Below the pieces are notes generated by a model. It saw nothing but the letters and a program-made list of their open reading frames with translations. It made no database searches and was not told where the DNA came from. Both the position numbers and the translations under genes were made by a program. Shown here one piece after another: positions 28,123-38,317 of a DNA stretch of 64,000 bases (within the stretch, counting starts at the first letter, position 1; each line of letters opens with the position of its first letter). Source of the stretch: an uncultured Candidatus Binatia bacterium (GTDB lineage Bacteria; Desulfobacterota; Binatia; UBA9968; CAXXLF01); assembly GCA_965218425.1 (NCBI GenBank), contig OZ244621.1:2016001-2080000 (forward strand), read 5' to 3'.

Positions 28123-28301
28123 GGAACCACTGCCAGTGCATGGCGAAAGTCATGAAGGGCATCGTGAATGGGCGGATAGGTTGCGACTATGAGGAGATAG
28201 AGGATCCCTCCAGTTAGGGCGAGAAAAAACATCGATTCCAGCAAAAATGCTAGACGTTCAGGAAACGCAATTCCAAATACTGCATCAATTGCTTTCTCCA
28301 T
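28113..28301 (-). CDS. CbtB-like small membrane peptide (putative cobalt transporter subunit)
   Basis: One TM helix followed by IHDALHDFRHALAVVPCH, matching the CbtB H-D-x-x-H-D-x-R-H...P-C-H signature. GGAGG RBS. Confidence 0.8.
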   Translation of the reverse strand: MEKAIDAVFGIAFPERLAFLLESMFFLALTGGILYLLIVATYPPIHDALHDFRHALAVVPCH

Positions 28302-28415
28302 GGGGCATTTCCCTCCCTTACGACGAGGCTATTTTTGCCCTAATAGGCGCTGGCTGTCAAGCAGGGGATGGGTAAATTCTTAACCCCACGGCCTTTGCTA
28401 ATAGGTATGATATTT

Positions 28416-29198
28416 TCAGTGCATCTGAAGTTTTCTAACGATTTTTCCTGCCACCGACGCATTGATCCGCCGCAAGTTGAGGCGAATCAGAAACACCTTG
28501 ACCCGATTCCGCCATCCATTAATAAGGGAAGCCTTTTTCCCCAGGCTTTTGAGCGCCTGTGTGACCACTGGTTCCACGGGCATGTCCATCACGCCCCTGA
28601 TTCCAGCAATCTGATGAAACTCTGTTCTGGTCCCTCCCGGGCACAGGGCCATTACATCCACCCCATGTTCCTTGAGTTCGTACCAAAGGCCTTCCCCCAG
28701 AGATAGATCGAAGGCCTTGGTGGCAGCGTAGTGCGTCATGTACGGTGTGGCAAGGAAGCTGGAAGTGGAGGAGACAATGATGATTCCTCCTCTTTTTCTT
28801 TTCACCATTTCCCTTCCCAGTTCGTGGGTCAAGATCAATGGGGCCCGGCAGTTCACTGCCAACATTTCGATCTCTTTTTCAAGATCGGTTTGTAGAAACG
28901 CTCCCGTTATTCCAAACCCGGCGTTGTTAATCAGAAGCCCCACATCGAGGGATTGAACGGCAGGACGAATGGCGGTCATAAAGTCCGGTCGGGCGAGGTC
29001 CACTGATAGGGTCTTTACCTCCACAGGGTGTTTTGCTTTCAACTCTGCCGCTAATTTATCCAACCTGTCTTGTCGCCGTGCGACCAGAATCAGATTGAGT
29101 CCTTCTCTGGAGAGTTGGCGGGCAAATTCGGCCCCTATGCCTGCAGAGGCACCGGTAATGAGAGCCCAGGGTCCATATTTTTCTCTAATTGAATTCAT
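28416..29198 (-). CDS. Short-chain dehydrogenase/reductase (DltE-like)
   Basis: Motifs TGASAGIG, NNAG and YAATK. Confidence 0.93.
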   Translation of the reverse strand: MNSIREKYGPWALITGASAGIGAEFARQLSREGLNLILVARRQDRLDKLAAELKAKHPVEVKTLSVDLARPDFMTAIRPAVQSLDVGLLINNAGFGITGAFLQTDLEKEIEMLAVNCRAPLILTHELGREMVKRKRGGIIIVSSTSSFLATPYMTHYAATKAFDLSLGEGLWYELKEHGVDVMALCPGGTRTEFHQIAGIRGVMDMPVEPVVTQALKSLGKKASLINGWRNRVKVFLIRLNLRRINASVAGKIVRKLQMH

Positions 29199-29339
29199 GG
29201 AAAGCGAAGATATTGCCCGCCAAGACGCGAAGCTCGCAAAGAGAGTTCTTCTTTAAAAAATTGGCGTTCTTTGCGTGTTTGCGCGAGTTGTCTTTTTCTG
29301 ATTTCATAAATTGCATTCAACGGACGATTTCGAATATGG

Positions 29340-29906
29340 TTACGTTTTGAACCCAGCGAACAGAGGTAACGGGTAAAGGACATGGTCGCCGTCTATTCGG
29401 GCCTCTGCTGTGAGCTTATGGGACTGGAGTCTCCCAGGGTCCATGATGTGTTGAGAGGTGATGTCCCGGGCGAGGAGATGATCGCACAAGAGGCGCCGGT
29501 GGCATTTCCAGAAGAGCTTCTCTGCGCACATGATCGTTGTCCGCTGACTTCTAACGAATCCAAGTAGGTCTTCGATGCCCTGGCGAAATTCTTGGGTTAA
29601 CATGTGATCGGCGTAGTTACGAAAGGCAGTATTCTCAAGTGCCTGATTAGGGGAGGGTGTTTTACCCACAGTAGGTCGGCGTCCCCCCAGAGGCTCTAAC
29701 CAAGAATATCCGATGTTGTTACGGTCTAGTTCTTCTTCCAGGCTACCACCATTGAAATGAGAGAACTCCCTTGAGATGGGGAAACGTCGGATATCTACCA
29801 GGGCCCGGATCTCGAATTCCTTCAACAGGGCGAGAAAATCCGCCAGGGACCGGTTGGAGTGTCCAATGGTGAAAATCTCAATGCTTGTGGGATCGGTGGT
29901 TTTCAA
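29340..29906 (-). CDS. DUF488 family protein
   Basis: Motifs FTIGHSNR, LVDIRRFP, LGGRR, FRNYADHM and MCAE...CHR. Confidence 0.9.
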   Translation of the reverse strand: MKTTDPTSIEIFTIGHSNRSLADFLALLKEFEIRALVDIRRFPISREFSHFNGGSLEEELDRNNIGYSWLEPLGGRRPTVGKTPSPNQALENTAFRNYADHMLTQEFRQGIEDLLGFVRSQRTTIMCAEKLFWKCHRRLLCDHLLARDITSQHIMDPGRLQSHKLTAEARIDGDHVLYPLPLFAGFKT

Positions 29907-30207
29907 AAATTTAGGGGTGAACTAATATTAGCCCGCAGGGGTGAAATCTGTCAATTGACCGCTGTAGGCAAAACCCTCATCCTACACCAGGGGGTGATGA
30001 GCCATAGACGTATACAGCCACTCCTACCAGGAGCGGTGCCCAGAGTCTGCCGCCAGATCAGGTGGGTTGGTATTTTTTCTCGGGTGTATCCGCCATGTTA
30101 AGCCTCTATCCCTTGGAACAGGTGGCGTCAGATGAAGGTTCCCATGCGGTTCGATCCTGATCACTATTGCTCCAAAGCTCTCACAATCATGCGGGTTGAG
30201 ACATGGG

Positions 30208-30498
30208 CTAGCGGGTCCGGTTGTACTCGTAATCCTCGCGCTCGGCTCTGCCCACCCGAAGCTCGGGTAACAGCGAAGGACGGGTTTGGTTCAGTTTTGC
30301 GTGGGCGTCCAGAGCTGCCTGATCAGTCCAGCGCTCCAGCAGAACCAATTTGTCGGGATTCACCACGTTCTGCAAGGCCTCGAATTGTTCACAGCCGGGC
30401 TCTTTCATAATCTCTGCGCAGCGAGCACGATACGCTTGCGCCAGCTCTGAACCTTTCCCCGGTGCCGCTGTGATCGTTACAATAAGTCGAACCGCCAT
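30208..30498 (-). CDS. ABM (antibiotic biosynthesis monooxygenase/putative quinol monooxygenase) family protein
   Basis: Motifs AAPGK, EPGC and LLERWTDQAALDAH. GGAG RBS. Confidence 0.88.
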   Translation of the reverse strand: MAVRLIVTITAAPGKGSELAQAYRARCAEIMKEPGCEQFEALQNVVNPDKLVLLERWTDQAALDAHAKLNQTRPSLLPELRVGRAEREDYEYNRTR

Positions 30499-30596
30499 AA
30501 AGTCTCCTCCGTGTGCTGATGGTCGGCGAGATTTTCTGCAAGGGAGCGGGTTTGAACAGGTGAATTAAGCCTCTCTGCTGAAATTTGTCAAGACGT

Positions 30597-31355
30597 CTAA
30601 GCCTGATCCTGCACACCAACGCTCCCGCGATATGATAGCAAAAAACACCAGACGGCGAGCGATGCCAACAGATGCTTCATGGAATGACCGCTTATGGTTC
30701 CCGTTGCTTCGAAAATCCACACGTCAAAGTGTTCGGCGATTTTTGACAATACGTAGGTAACCAACATCCACCACAAGAACGACGATCGCAAGCTCCCCGA
30801 GGGGTATAAGATAAGAATCAGCGGTATGAGCACCATGGGGAGAAATTGGACAAGACCGTAAGCTCGCAGATCACCGTTGCCTTGTAATTCCGAGAGATGC
30901 CAATATCCCACGGACGCTGCACCTACGACGATCAGCGGCCAAAGAAGAATTTTTCCGGCACGACTCGATACGCGATTTTCAATGATTGTTGAGAACAGGG
31001 CCATGAAGACAATGGTCATAGGCAGGCGGTCCCAGGTCAGGGTTGGCGTTGACGGTGCCAGGTGATAGTAAGCCGAGCCCATCCCCACCAAAACTACACC
31101 AAGGCAAACGATCAAATATCCCGTCCGTAGCGCAGCTGCTTGAGAACGTCTCGGCAGCCCAAATAAGCCTACCAGGACAAAGGGTATGTTGGTGACGACA
31201 TTGCAAAAGTTTGAAACGGCAAAGAGGATGCGATCATCGGCAAACCGATGGTAAGCAGGGTCTTGGGGTATCCGTGGTATAAATAGCAAACCGATCACCG
31301 CCACCGCCGCAATGGTCAAAACGATCCACAGTCTCCATCCGTCGCGTGGGTCCAT
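30597..31355 (-). CDS. Alkaline ceramidase-like (CREST superfamily) membrane hydrolase
   Basis: Motifs QDPAYHRFADDR, GSAYYH, WDRLPM and SGHSMKHL. Confidence 0.85.
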   Translation of the reverse strand: MDPRDGWRLWIVLTIAAVAVIGLLFIPRIPQDPAYHRFADDRILFAVSNFCNVVTNIPFVLVGLFGLPRRSQAAALRTGYLIVCLGVVLVGMGSAYYHLAPSTPTLTWDRLPMTIVFMALFSTIIENRVSSRAGKILLWPLIVVGAASVGYWHLSELQGNGDLRAYGLVQFLPMVLIPLILILYPSGSLRSSFLWWMLVTYVLSKIAEHFDVWIFEATGTISGHSMKHLLASLAVWCFLLSYRGSVGVQDQA

Positions 31356-31357
31356 CT

Positions 31358-31720
31358 CTACTCTAAAATCAGATTACGTCCGCCCAAGAAGATTACCCCA
31401 ATAACCACGGTGAGCCGGTGAATAATGACCGGTGACCAAAGGGAAATCGAGTAAATATAGGACAAACTGCGGGCCATGCCCAGACAAGACCCCACAACAA
31501 GAAAATACGGATCTAAAAAGAGTTCCCGGGCGCCTTTGTTGATGGTAAGCGCATTGAGGGGATGCCATGCAACGAATAATGTTGAGCTTATGAGTGACAT
31601 CACCAGGACATATTTAGATCCTCTTCTTTTGGCATTATTGGGAATTAATAGTCCGCGAAAGAAGGATTCTTCGAAGAATGCGGGAAATACAAAAGCGTGA
31701 AAGGCAAGAAGAAGGCAAAG
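31358..31720 (-). pseudogene. CPBP/Abi (CAAX protease) family fragment
   Basis: FPAFFEESFFRG, FVAWH and SLWSPVIIH; the N-terminal part is unclear or degenerate. Confidence 0.6.
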
Positions 31721-31872
31721 CTCGAATCGATCACATGTAGCTTGAACAAACCAGAGTTCAGGCCCACGATGGCTGCTATCAAACCGTGTATGATTAAGGT
31801 AGCAACCATAGAAAACTTTACCGAACGCAGGGGGGGTAATCCCGGCCACGTAATTGTTTCTCTGGTATTCTC

Positions 31873-32080
31873 TCATGGTGAGCGGGTTGCTAACCAAAAT
31901 GCCCATGGGCATATAAGTGCCGCGACAATCATGCCCAACCATGAAGCCCACATGGCAAACCACCAGGGCCTAAGTTGAAAGGCCCAGCTGTTCACAACGC
32001 GGAGCCCATGCAGGACAGCGACAACGCCAAAAATGGTACCAGATAAGACCAGATAAGACCAGATAAGCGCGCCTGTTCGT
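31873..32080 (-). CDS. Small two-TM hypothetical protein (start uncertain)
   Basis: YLVLSGTIFGVVAVLHGLRVV...WASWLG..VAA hydrophobic pattern. Confidence 0.45.
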
Positions 32081-32385
32081 ATTCTGCCTCTAGTCTGTCC
32101 GTCGCTGACACCGTAGACTAGCAAAGAAACTATCTTAGCCTTACTAAGAAACTATGTCGGCCAACTTTAATCCATTTATTCTATCATGGGCTACAATAAC
32201 TGACCATCCGGACTATTTACAGTTCTACCTTCTTGATTCACTAGGCCCAATCTATGTTTATTGTTATAGGGTCCCTGAGCTCTTTAAGCGTGTTTAAGAA
32301 GGGTATAAGCTTACGGGCAAATCAGAGAACAGGCATCCAGCGACTTACATACTTCCATCGGCTGAACTTCAACTAGGAGGCGATC

Positions 32386-34977
32386 GTGAGTGAGCAGGAG
32401 AGAGTGTTGTTACCAGATGATGTCCGTCCCAAAAAATACCGGGTGACCTTAACACCCGACCTCACCCAGTGCACATTTAGCGGTAAAGTAGAGATCGAGG
32501 TGCAGATTCAAAAATCCACTTCCCGTGTCGTGCTTCATGCCGCCGAGTTGGAGCTAAAATCGGGAGAGCTTCAGCAAAACGGTGCCACACGGGTCCCTGC
32601 TAAGATTTTCCCGGACGAGAAGGCGGAAACAGCAACCTTTGAATTCGGGGACTCCCTCGCCACCGGGCCAGCCACCCTCAGTATCGATTTTACCGGCACG
32701 TTGAATGACCAGATGCGGGGGTTGTACCGCAGTGAATACCTTATGGGTGGCGAGAAGCGAACAATGGCAGTGACCCAATTTGAGGCTACCGATGCCCGCC
32801 GCGCGTTTCCCTGCTGGGATGAACCTGCCACCAAGGCCACCTTTGAGGTGACCCTGGTGGTTCCTGCGGACCGCGTGGCAATTTCCAACATGCCCATTGT
32901 GGAGACGAAGACCGGTCAAGGCGGGCTGAAGGCAGTCCGGTTTGCCGAGTCCCCTATCATGTCCACCTACCTTGTGGCGTTCATCGTCGGCGAGTTTGAC
33001 TATGTAGAGGAAAAGAGCCGGGAAGGCGCGCTGGTGCGGGTCTATACACCCCTGGGGAAAAAAGAGCAGGGCCGGTTCGCATTGGACGTCGCTAGTCGAA
33101 CCCTTTCATTCTTCGACGAATACTTCGGTATTCCATACCCGTTACCGAAGATGGACCTGATCGCCATTGCGGACTTTGCCGCGGGCGCTATGGAAAACTG
33201 GGGTGCTGTCACCTATCGAGAGACGGCGATACTCGTGGATCCGGAACAGTCTTCGGAGGCCACACGGCAGCGCGTTGCAGTGGTCATCGCCCATGAATTG
33301 GCCCACCAATGGTTTGGTAATCTCGTGACCATGGAGTGGTGGACCCACCTCTGGCTCAATGAGGGGTTTGCCTCGTGGATCGAGTATCTGGCCGTGGATC
33401 AACTCTTTCCCGAGTGGCGAATGTGGACTCAATTTGTCTACGGCGATTTGAGCCGGGCGCTGGATCTTGACGGTCTGGAGAACACCCATCCCATCGAGGT
33501 AGAGGTAAAGGACCCCAATCAAATCAGCGAGATCTTTGACGCCATTAGCTACAGTAAGGGATCGTCGGTCATTCGTATGCTGGCGGCCTATCTGGGCGAA
33601 GAGAACTTTCGCCGCGGGTTGCATGGCTACCTAAGCCGGCATCAGTACGGCAACGCTACTACCGAGGACCTATGGCAGGCCCTAGGGGAAGCTTCTGGGA
33701 AACCCGTTAAGGAGATGATGGATACATGGACCAAACAGGGAGGCTATCCGGTTCTGTCGGTGCAAGAAAAAGACGGATCTTTAAAACTCAGCCAAGCCCG
33801 TTTCTTTCTCAGTGGGATCCCACGGAAAAAGAAAGACGCAACGCGGTGGTCAATACCGGTTGGAGTTATCGGTTCCGACATGTCTCAAGAGACTTTTTCC
33901 CTCTTGGGTAAACCGTCCGGTCAAATGAGTTTAACAGGCCAGAAAAATGGCTGGGTCAAGGTCAACAATGGGCAGACGGGTTATTACCGGGTGAAATACT
34001 CGACGGCCATGATGACAGGGTTGAGTCGAGCTGTTGAAGCCATGGAGCTATCCCCTGAGGACCGTCTCGGGCTGGAAAACGATGCCTTTGCGCTGGCAAG
34101 GGCTGGCCTGCTCTCCACTCAGCATGCCCTCAATCTGGTGGCCGCTTATAAGAACGAAACGGATTACACGGTGTGGGCCGACCTCTCCGCCGGACTGGAT
34201 GAGTTGGATGCGCTGCTGTGGGGGGATCCCTGTTACGGGAACTTCGAGGCCTTTGCGAGAAGTCTCTACGGTGGTGTGGCAGGTCGAGTCGGATGGGAAA
34301 AAAAGGCAGGGGAATCTCATCTGACAACCCTTCTTCGTAGCCTGGTCATTAGTGAGCTGGGCGGGTACGGTGATGCAGAAACCATTGATGAAGCCAAGAA
34401 CCGTTTCGCATGCCTTCAAAGGGATCCCAAGAGCCTCCCTCCCGACCTGCGTTTCCCCGTCTACCGGTTGTACGTGGAAAATGGCGATGAGACTTCCCAT
34501 GAGGCGGTGCTCGATCTTTTTCGTAAGGCCGACCTGCACGAGGAGCGGCTCCGTTGCCTGCGCTCCCTGGGCTACAGCCAAAAGCAGGAATTGCTCCAGC
34601 GCACACTAGAGTTCTCCCTTTCGTCGGAAGTGCGTGCACAGGACACACCTCTGCTGGTGGGTAGCGTTGCCGCCAATGGCCCGGGTCGTGATCTCGCCTG
34701 GAATTTCCTCAAGGGGCAATGGGCCGAGTTGGACCGTCGCTACGGTAAGGGAGGTTTCCTCCTGGGCCGTGTGATCTCGTCCACCACGTCCAATTTTTGT
34801 TCCGAGGAAAAAGCCAGGGAGGTGGAGGAGTTTTTCCGTTCCCATCCGGTGCCGGCCGCTGAAAGGACCATCCGCCAGTCAGTGGAGCGTATTCGTTCCA
34901 ACGCCATGTGGCTACAGCATGACGGCAAGCCTATTCGTCAGTGGTTGGAGCGCGCGTCCGAGTCCAAAGTCCGATGA
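32386..34977 (+). CDS. pepN: M1 family Zn aminopeptidase (puromycin-sensitive/ERAP1-like C-terminal domain)
   Basis: Motifs TQFEATDARRAFPCWDEP, GAMEN, HELAH-x18-E (LWLNEG) and ISYSKG. Confidence 0.93.
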   Translation: MSEQERVLLPDDVRPKKYRVTLTPDLTQCTFSGKVEIEVQIQKSTSRVVLHAAELELKSGELQQNGATRVPAKIFPDEKAETATFEFGDSLATGPATLSIDFTGTLNDQMRGLYRSEYLMGGEKRTMAVTQFEATDARRAFPCWDEPATKATFEVTLVVPADRVAISNMPIVETKTGQGGLKAVRFAESPIMSTYLVAFIVGEFDYVEEKSREGALVRVYTPLGKKEQGRFALDVASRTLSFFDEYFGIPYPLPKMDLIAIADFAAGAMENWGAVTYRETAILVDPEQSSEATRQRVAVVIAHELAHQWFGNLVTMEWWTHLWLNEGFASWIEYLAVDQLFPEWRMWTQFVYGDLSRALDLDGLENTHPIEVEVKDPNQISEIFDAISYSKGSSVIRMLAAYLGEENFRRGLHGYLSRHQYGNATTEDLWQALGEASGKPVKEMMDTWTKQGGYPVLSVQEKDGSLKLSQARFFLSGIPRKKKDATRWSIPVGVIGSDMSQETFSLLGKPSGQMSLTGQKNGWVKVNNGQTGYYRVKYSTAMMTGLSRAVEAMELSPEDRLGLENDAFALARAGLLSTQHALNLVAAYKNETDYTVWADLSAGLDELDALLWGDPCYGNFEAFARSLYGGVAGRVGWEKKAGESHLTTLLRSLVISELGGYGDAETIDEAKNRFACLQRDPKSLPPDLRFPVYRLYVENGDETSHEAVLDLFRKADLHEERLRCLRSLGYSQKQELLQRTLEFSLSSEVRAQDTPLLVGSVAANGPGRDLAWNFLKGQWAELDRRYGKGGFLLGRVISSTTSNFCSEEKAREVEEFFRSHPVPAAERTIRQSVERIRSNAMWLQHDGKPIRQWLERASESKVR

Positions 34978-35011
34978 GTCGCAGACCGTTCGGGTTATAG
35001 GGTCAAGCGCC

Positions 35012-38000
35012 ATGCGAGTTGTTTTAGGTCCCTTCCATCCGGATTTAGAAAATGCGTTGGTGGATGAGGTCCTCGGGCATCGAAAAAAAAATCTCCTTTC
35101 CCCGCTCTTGATCTTGGTCCCATCGGATCCCCTCCTTCATCGCCTAAAGATCCTCCTGGCCCGTGAGCGCCAATTGAACCTCCTCAACGTTCACATTCTA
35201 ACCTTTTACCAGCTTTCCAGACGTTTGTTAGAGGAAAATCACCAAGCTTTGGCACTTCCGTTGCGCGACGATGCCTTTGCCGAGGAAGCCCTGAGACACA
35301 TGATTCAGACGGATTTTCAATGGGAATCGGTTTTCTCTGGAATCGAGGCAAGGGAAGGTGGTTGCGGCGCTCTCTGGCAGACACTGCGCGATCTCAAAGA
35401 CGCCAAGGTGGATTACCAACCCACTATGGATGCGTTGGCGGAAGGGTATCTTAGTTCACCGGGCGTGACGAAGCTTCGGGATCTCTTTCGACTCCATGGA
35501 GAATACTCCTCTAGCGCGCGTGATTGGGGCATTCGAGACTATACGGACCTGGATGCCTTGGCCACCGAACAAGTGCCCTCCTCTGAGTATCTCCAACAGT
35601 TTTCGGCCATTGTCTACTACGGATTTTACGACCTCACCCAGATACAGCTGGACCTCTTCCAAACCGTGGCGCGCCACTACCCTACCACGTTACTGTTCCC
35701 ACTCATCCCAGGTCATCCCGCCTGGGCATTTGCCCAGCGTTTTTACGATCGTCATGTGCAAACCCTAGTGACAGGATCCCCTGTGGTTTCCACCGCCGGC
35801 GCTGACTCTCACAACGCTTTTGCCGCTATCCATCTTCGTCTCTTTAACGAAGAGGCGCGGGAGGCTCCAGAGATGGGTGGTTCATGCACGATTGTAAACT
35901 GCTCTGGTCAGAGAGACGAGGTCCTTACCACGGCAAAGGAGATCCTCAAGCTTGTTACCCATAAGGGCCTGGCCTTTGATGAAATAGGCGTGGTGGTACG
36001 TTCCCTGGATTCTTACCTGCCTTGGTTTAAAGACATATTCACTGATCATGGGATTCCCATGGCAGGTTATGCGAAGGGATCCGTCCTTCCATTCCCGTTG
36101 GTCAAGGCGGTTGTTCTCCTCACTGGGGTGTTATCAAAAGATTACCTTCGCTCGCATGTAATGGATCTGATCTCTTCTCCTTATTTTGATCTCCGGCCCT
36201 ATTGTGGAGAGAAGGTTACCCCTAGGAGCGACCTATGGGACCCCATGACACGTCGCTTGGGAATCACCAAAGGATTCGAGTCATGGCGTCGCCTGGAGCG
36301 CTATGTGGATCGGGGAATAGCCTTGCCACGCCAGGGCGATGAGGATGAAGAGCCAAGCGTAAGATCGGTTTCCCCAGAGCAGATCAAGATCCTCTTGACC
36401 ATCGTCACTGAGCTGCATGGAGATATGGCAAAGCTGCCCGGGGAAGCGTCGTGGTCGGAGTATGCCAACCGTTGGAAGGAGCTGCTAAACAAATATCTTG
36501 GCCTTGAAAAACGTGAGACGCTCTCAGCTCCCCCTTCTCTAGAGGAGCAAATCGTTGAAGTGATCTTGGACACATTGGAGGATCTGGTGGGCCTTGACGG
36601 TCTTGCTCCCCATGTAGGCCATTTGCATTTTCTACGGACGTTTCAGCGCTGGTTAGATCGCGCCAGCGTCCCCGTAACCGAGTGGAATCTTCCCGGTGTT
36701 TCCGTGTTGGATGCCATGTCGGCGCGTGGTCTTTCCTTTCGCGCCTTGTTCATCCTGGGTCTCAACGAGGGGATCTTCCCCCGTACCATTCGAGAGGACG
36801 CCTTTCTGAGGGATGCGACGCGCAGGAGTCTGGAGACGGTATTGGGTTATAAAATCAGCGAGAAGCTAGCAGCCTATGACGAAGAAAAACTCATTCTGGC
36901 CCTTCTGGTGGGTGCGGCGCGGGAATCCCTTTACTGTTTCTACCGGCGTTCCGAGGAAGGCGGCAGGGCACTGACTCCTTCCTGGTACCTGGGTGAGATC
37001 CGGCGGGCAGTATGGGGTCCCGAAACGGTCACGGCCTCTGTTAACGAAGAGGAATGCCCAGTTCAAGAGAGAAGCATCCCGCGAGGGATACTAGAGAGGG
37101 AAAAGGTGTCTCCTTTCGATGAAGCTCAGTGGCTCACGCCCAATGAGCTTGCCGTCTGTTTGGCCCTGCAGGGGCAGGACCCTGTCCCGGTACTCAAGTT
37201 GGCGGCGCAACCGCTGGGGATCCATAGTCGCGGGTTGAGGTCCATGCAACTATTGGAGGATCCTCGCCGGTCATTGGATCAACTGGACGGAATGATCGGG
37301 CCTGTCCCTGACTACTGGCAACGCTTGTTGGAAAGGGGGATTTCACCCACCGCCTTGGAACGCTATGCGAGGTGTCCTTACCAATATTTTGCCGCCGATA
37401 TCCTTGAACTCCACGAGATGGAAAGGCCGGAGGAGGTCTCTTCTTTGGGCCCCTCGGTCATAGGCCAACTCTCTCATACGATTCTCAAGTCCCTCTACAT
37501 CCAACTTATGGAGGAAGGGTATTTCACGAGGGAGCCGTCCAAAGGCGAATGGTCGAGTCGATGGGACGAGTTAACTCACAAGGCATTCTCGGATTATGCC
37601 GCGGAAAATCCGGTGGGCTATCCGGTGGCATGGGAAGTTTTGGGGGAGGAGCTGAGTCGTCTTCTACATCAAGTAGTAGAACAGGACCTCGACGAACTGG
37701 GTGTGTCAGGATTCCGACCCATGGCCTTTGAGCCGCAATGGAGGGGACGCTTAGAAGATGGATGGCCCGATCCGTTGGGTCGTCTCCCCATTGTGGGTTC
37801 GCCGGACCGGGTGGACTATGAACCATCAAAGTCACGCTATCGGGTAATCGATTACAAGCTTCGGATGGGAAAACGGGAATCGGCAGAAGATCACAATCTC
37901 CTTCAATCCGCCCTCAGGGGTAAGCGACTCCAGCTTCCCCTCTACATCCTTTTGGCGGCGCAGCATGCTCAGGCCGGGAAAAGAGGCAAGATACCGGCCA

Positions 38001-38317
38001 AAATTCACGGGGCTTTTTATCTGATCGCACCGCGCTGGCTGAACGGGCCGCTGGCTATTGAAGAGTTCCCTGAAAAGGGCTGGGATGATCCGTACAAGGA
38101 AAGACTCCAGGAAACCCTGGGATTTCTCCTAAAGGGAATTCAGCAGGGTCGATTTTTTATTTCTCCCGGTGATCATTGCAGAAACTGTGACGTGAGAGCG
38201 GCCTGCCGTAGAAATCACCGACCTTCACTTTGGCGTGCCGAAAAAGACCCGGCGGTGAGGTCCCATGGTGAATTGAATGAACAGAAAGCGGCGCTCACGC
38301 AAGGGAGACGCGGGTGA
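35012..38317 (+). CDS. addB: AddB/RexB-like inactive-helicase + PD-(D/E)XK nuclease subunit with Fe-S staple
   Basis: ARGLSF..LFILGLNEGIFP, SPTALERYARCP, G.PDRVD...VIDYK and HCRNCDVRAAC. Coupled to addA. Confidence 0.82.
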   Translation: MRVVLGPFHPDLENALVDEVLGHRKKNLLSPLLILVPSDPLLHRLKILLARERQLNLLNVHILTFYQLSRRLLEENHQALALPLRDDAFAEEALRHMIQTDFQWESVFSGIEAREGGCGALWQTLRDLKDAKVDYQPTMDALAEGYLSSPGVTKLRDLFRLHGEYSSSARDWGIRDYTDLDALATEQVPSSEYLQQFSAIVYYGFYDLTQIQLDLFQTVARHYPTTLLFPLIPGHPAWAFAQRFYDRHVQTLVTGSPVVSTAGADSHNAFAAIHLRLFNEEAREAPEMGGSCTIVNCSGQRDEVLTTAKEILKLVTHKGLAFDEIGVVVRSLDSYLPWFKDIFTDHGIPMAGYAKGSVLPFPLVKAVVLLTGVLSKDYLRSHVMDLISSPYFDLRPYCGEKVTPRSDLWDPMTRRLGITKGFESWRRLERYVDRGIALPRQGDEDEEPSVRSVSPEQIKILLTIVTELHGDMAKLPGEASWSEYANRWKELLNKYLGLEKRETLSAPPSLEEQIVEVILDTLEDLVGLDGLAPHVGHLHFLRTFQRWLDRASVPVTEWNLPGVSVLDAMSARGLSFRALFILGLNEGIFPRTIREDAFLRDATRRSLETVLGYKISEKLAAYDEEKLILALLVGAARESLYCFYRRSEEGGRALTPSWYLGEIRRAVWGPETVTASVNEEECPVQERSIPRGILEREKVSPFDEAQWLTPNELAVCLALQGQDPVPVLKLAAQPLGIHSRGLRSMQLLEDPRRSLDQLDGMIGPVPDYWQRLLERGISPTALERYARCPYQYFAADILELHEMERPEEVSSLGPSVIGQLSHTILKSLYIQLMEEGYFTREPSKGEWSSRWDELTHKAFSDYAAENPVGYPVAWEVLGEELSRLLHQVVEQDLDELGVSGFRPMAFEPQWRGRLEDGWPDPLGRLPIVGSPDRVDYEPSKSRYRVIDYKLRMGKRESAEDHNLLQSALRGKRLQLPLYILLAAQHAQAGKRGKIPAKIHGAFYLIAPRWLNGPLAIEEFPEKGWDDPYKERLQETLGFLLKGIQQGRFFISPGDHCRNCDVRAACRRNHRPSLWRAEKDPAVRSHGELNEQKAALTQGRRG

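Noticed and set aside
28302..28415. Cobalamin riboswitch upstream of the CbtB-like gene
   Set aside because: The gap is short and lacks the B12-box and conserved core motifs.
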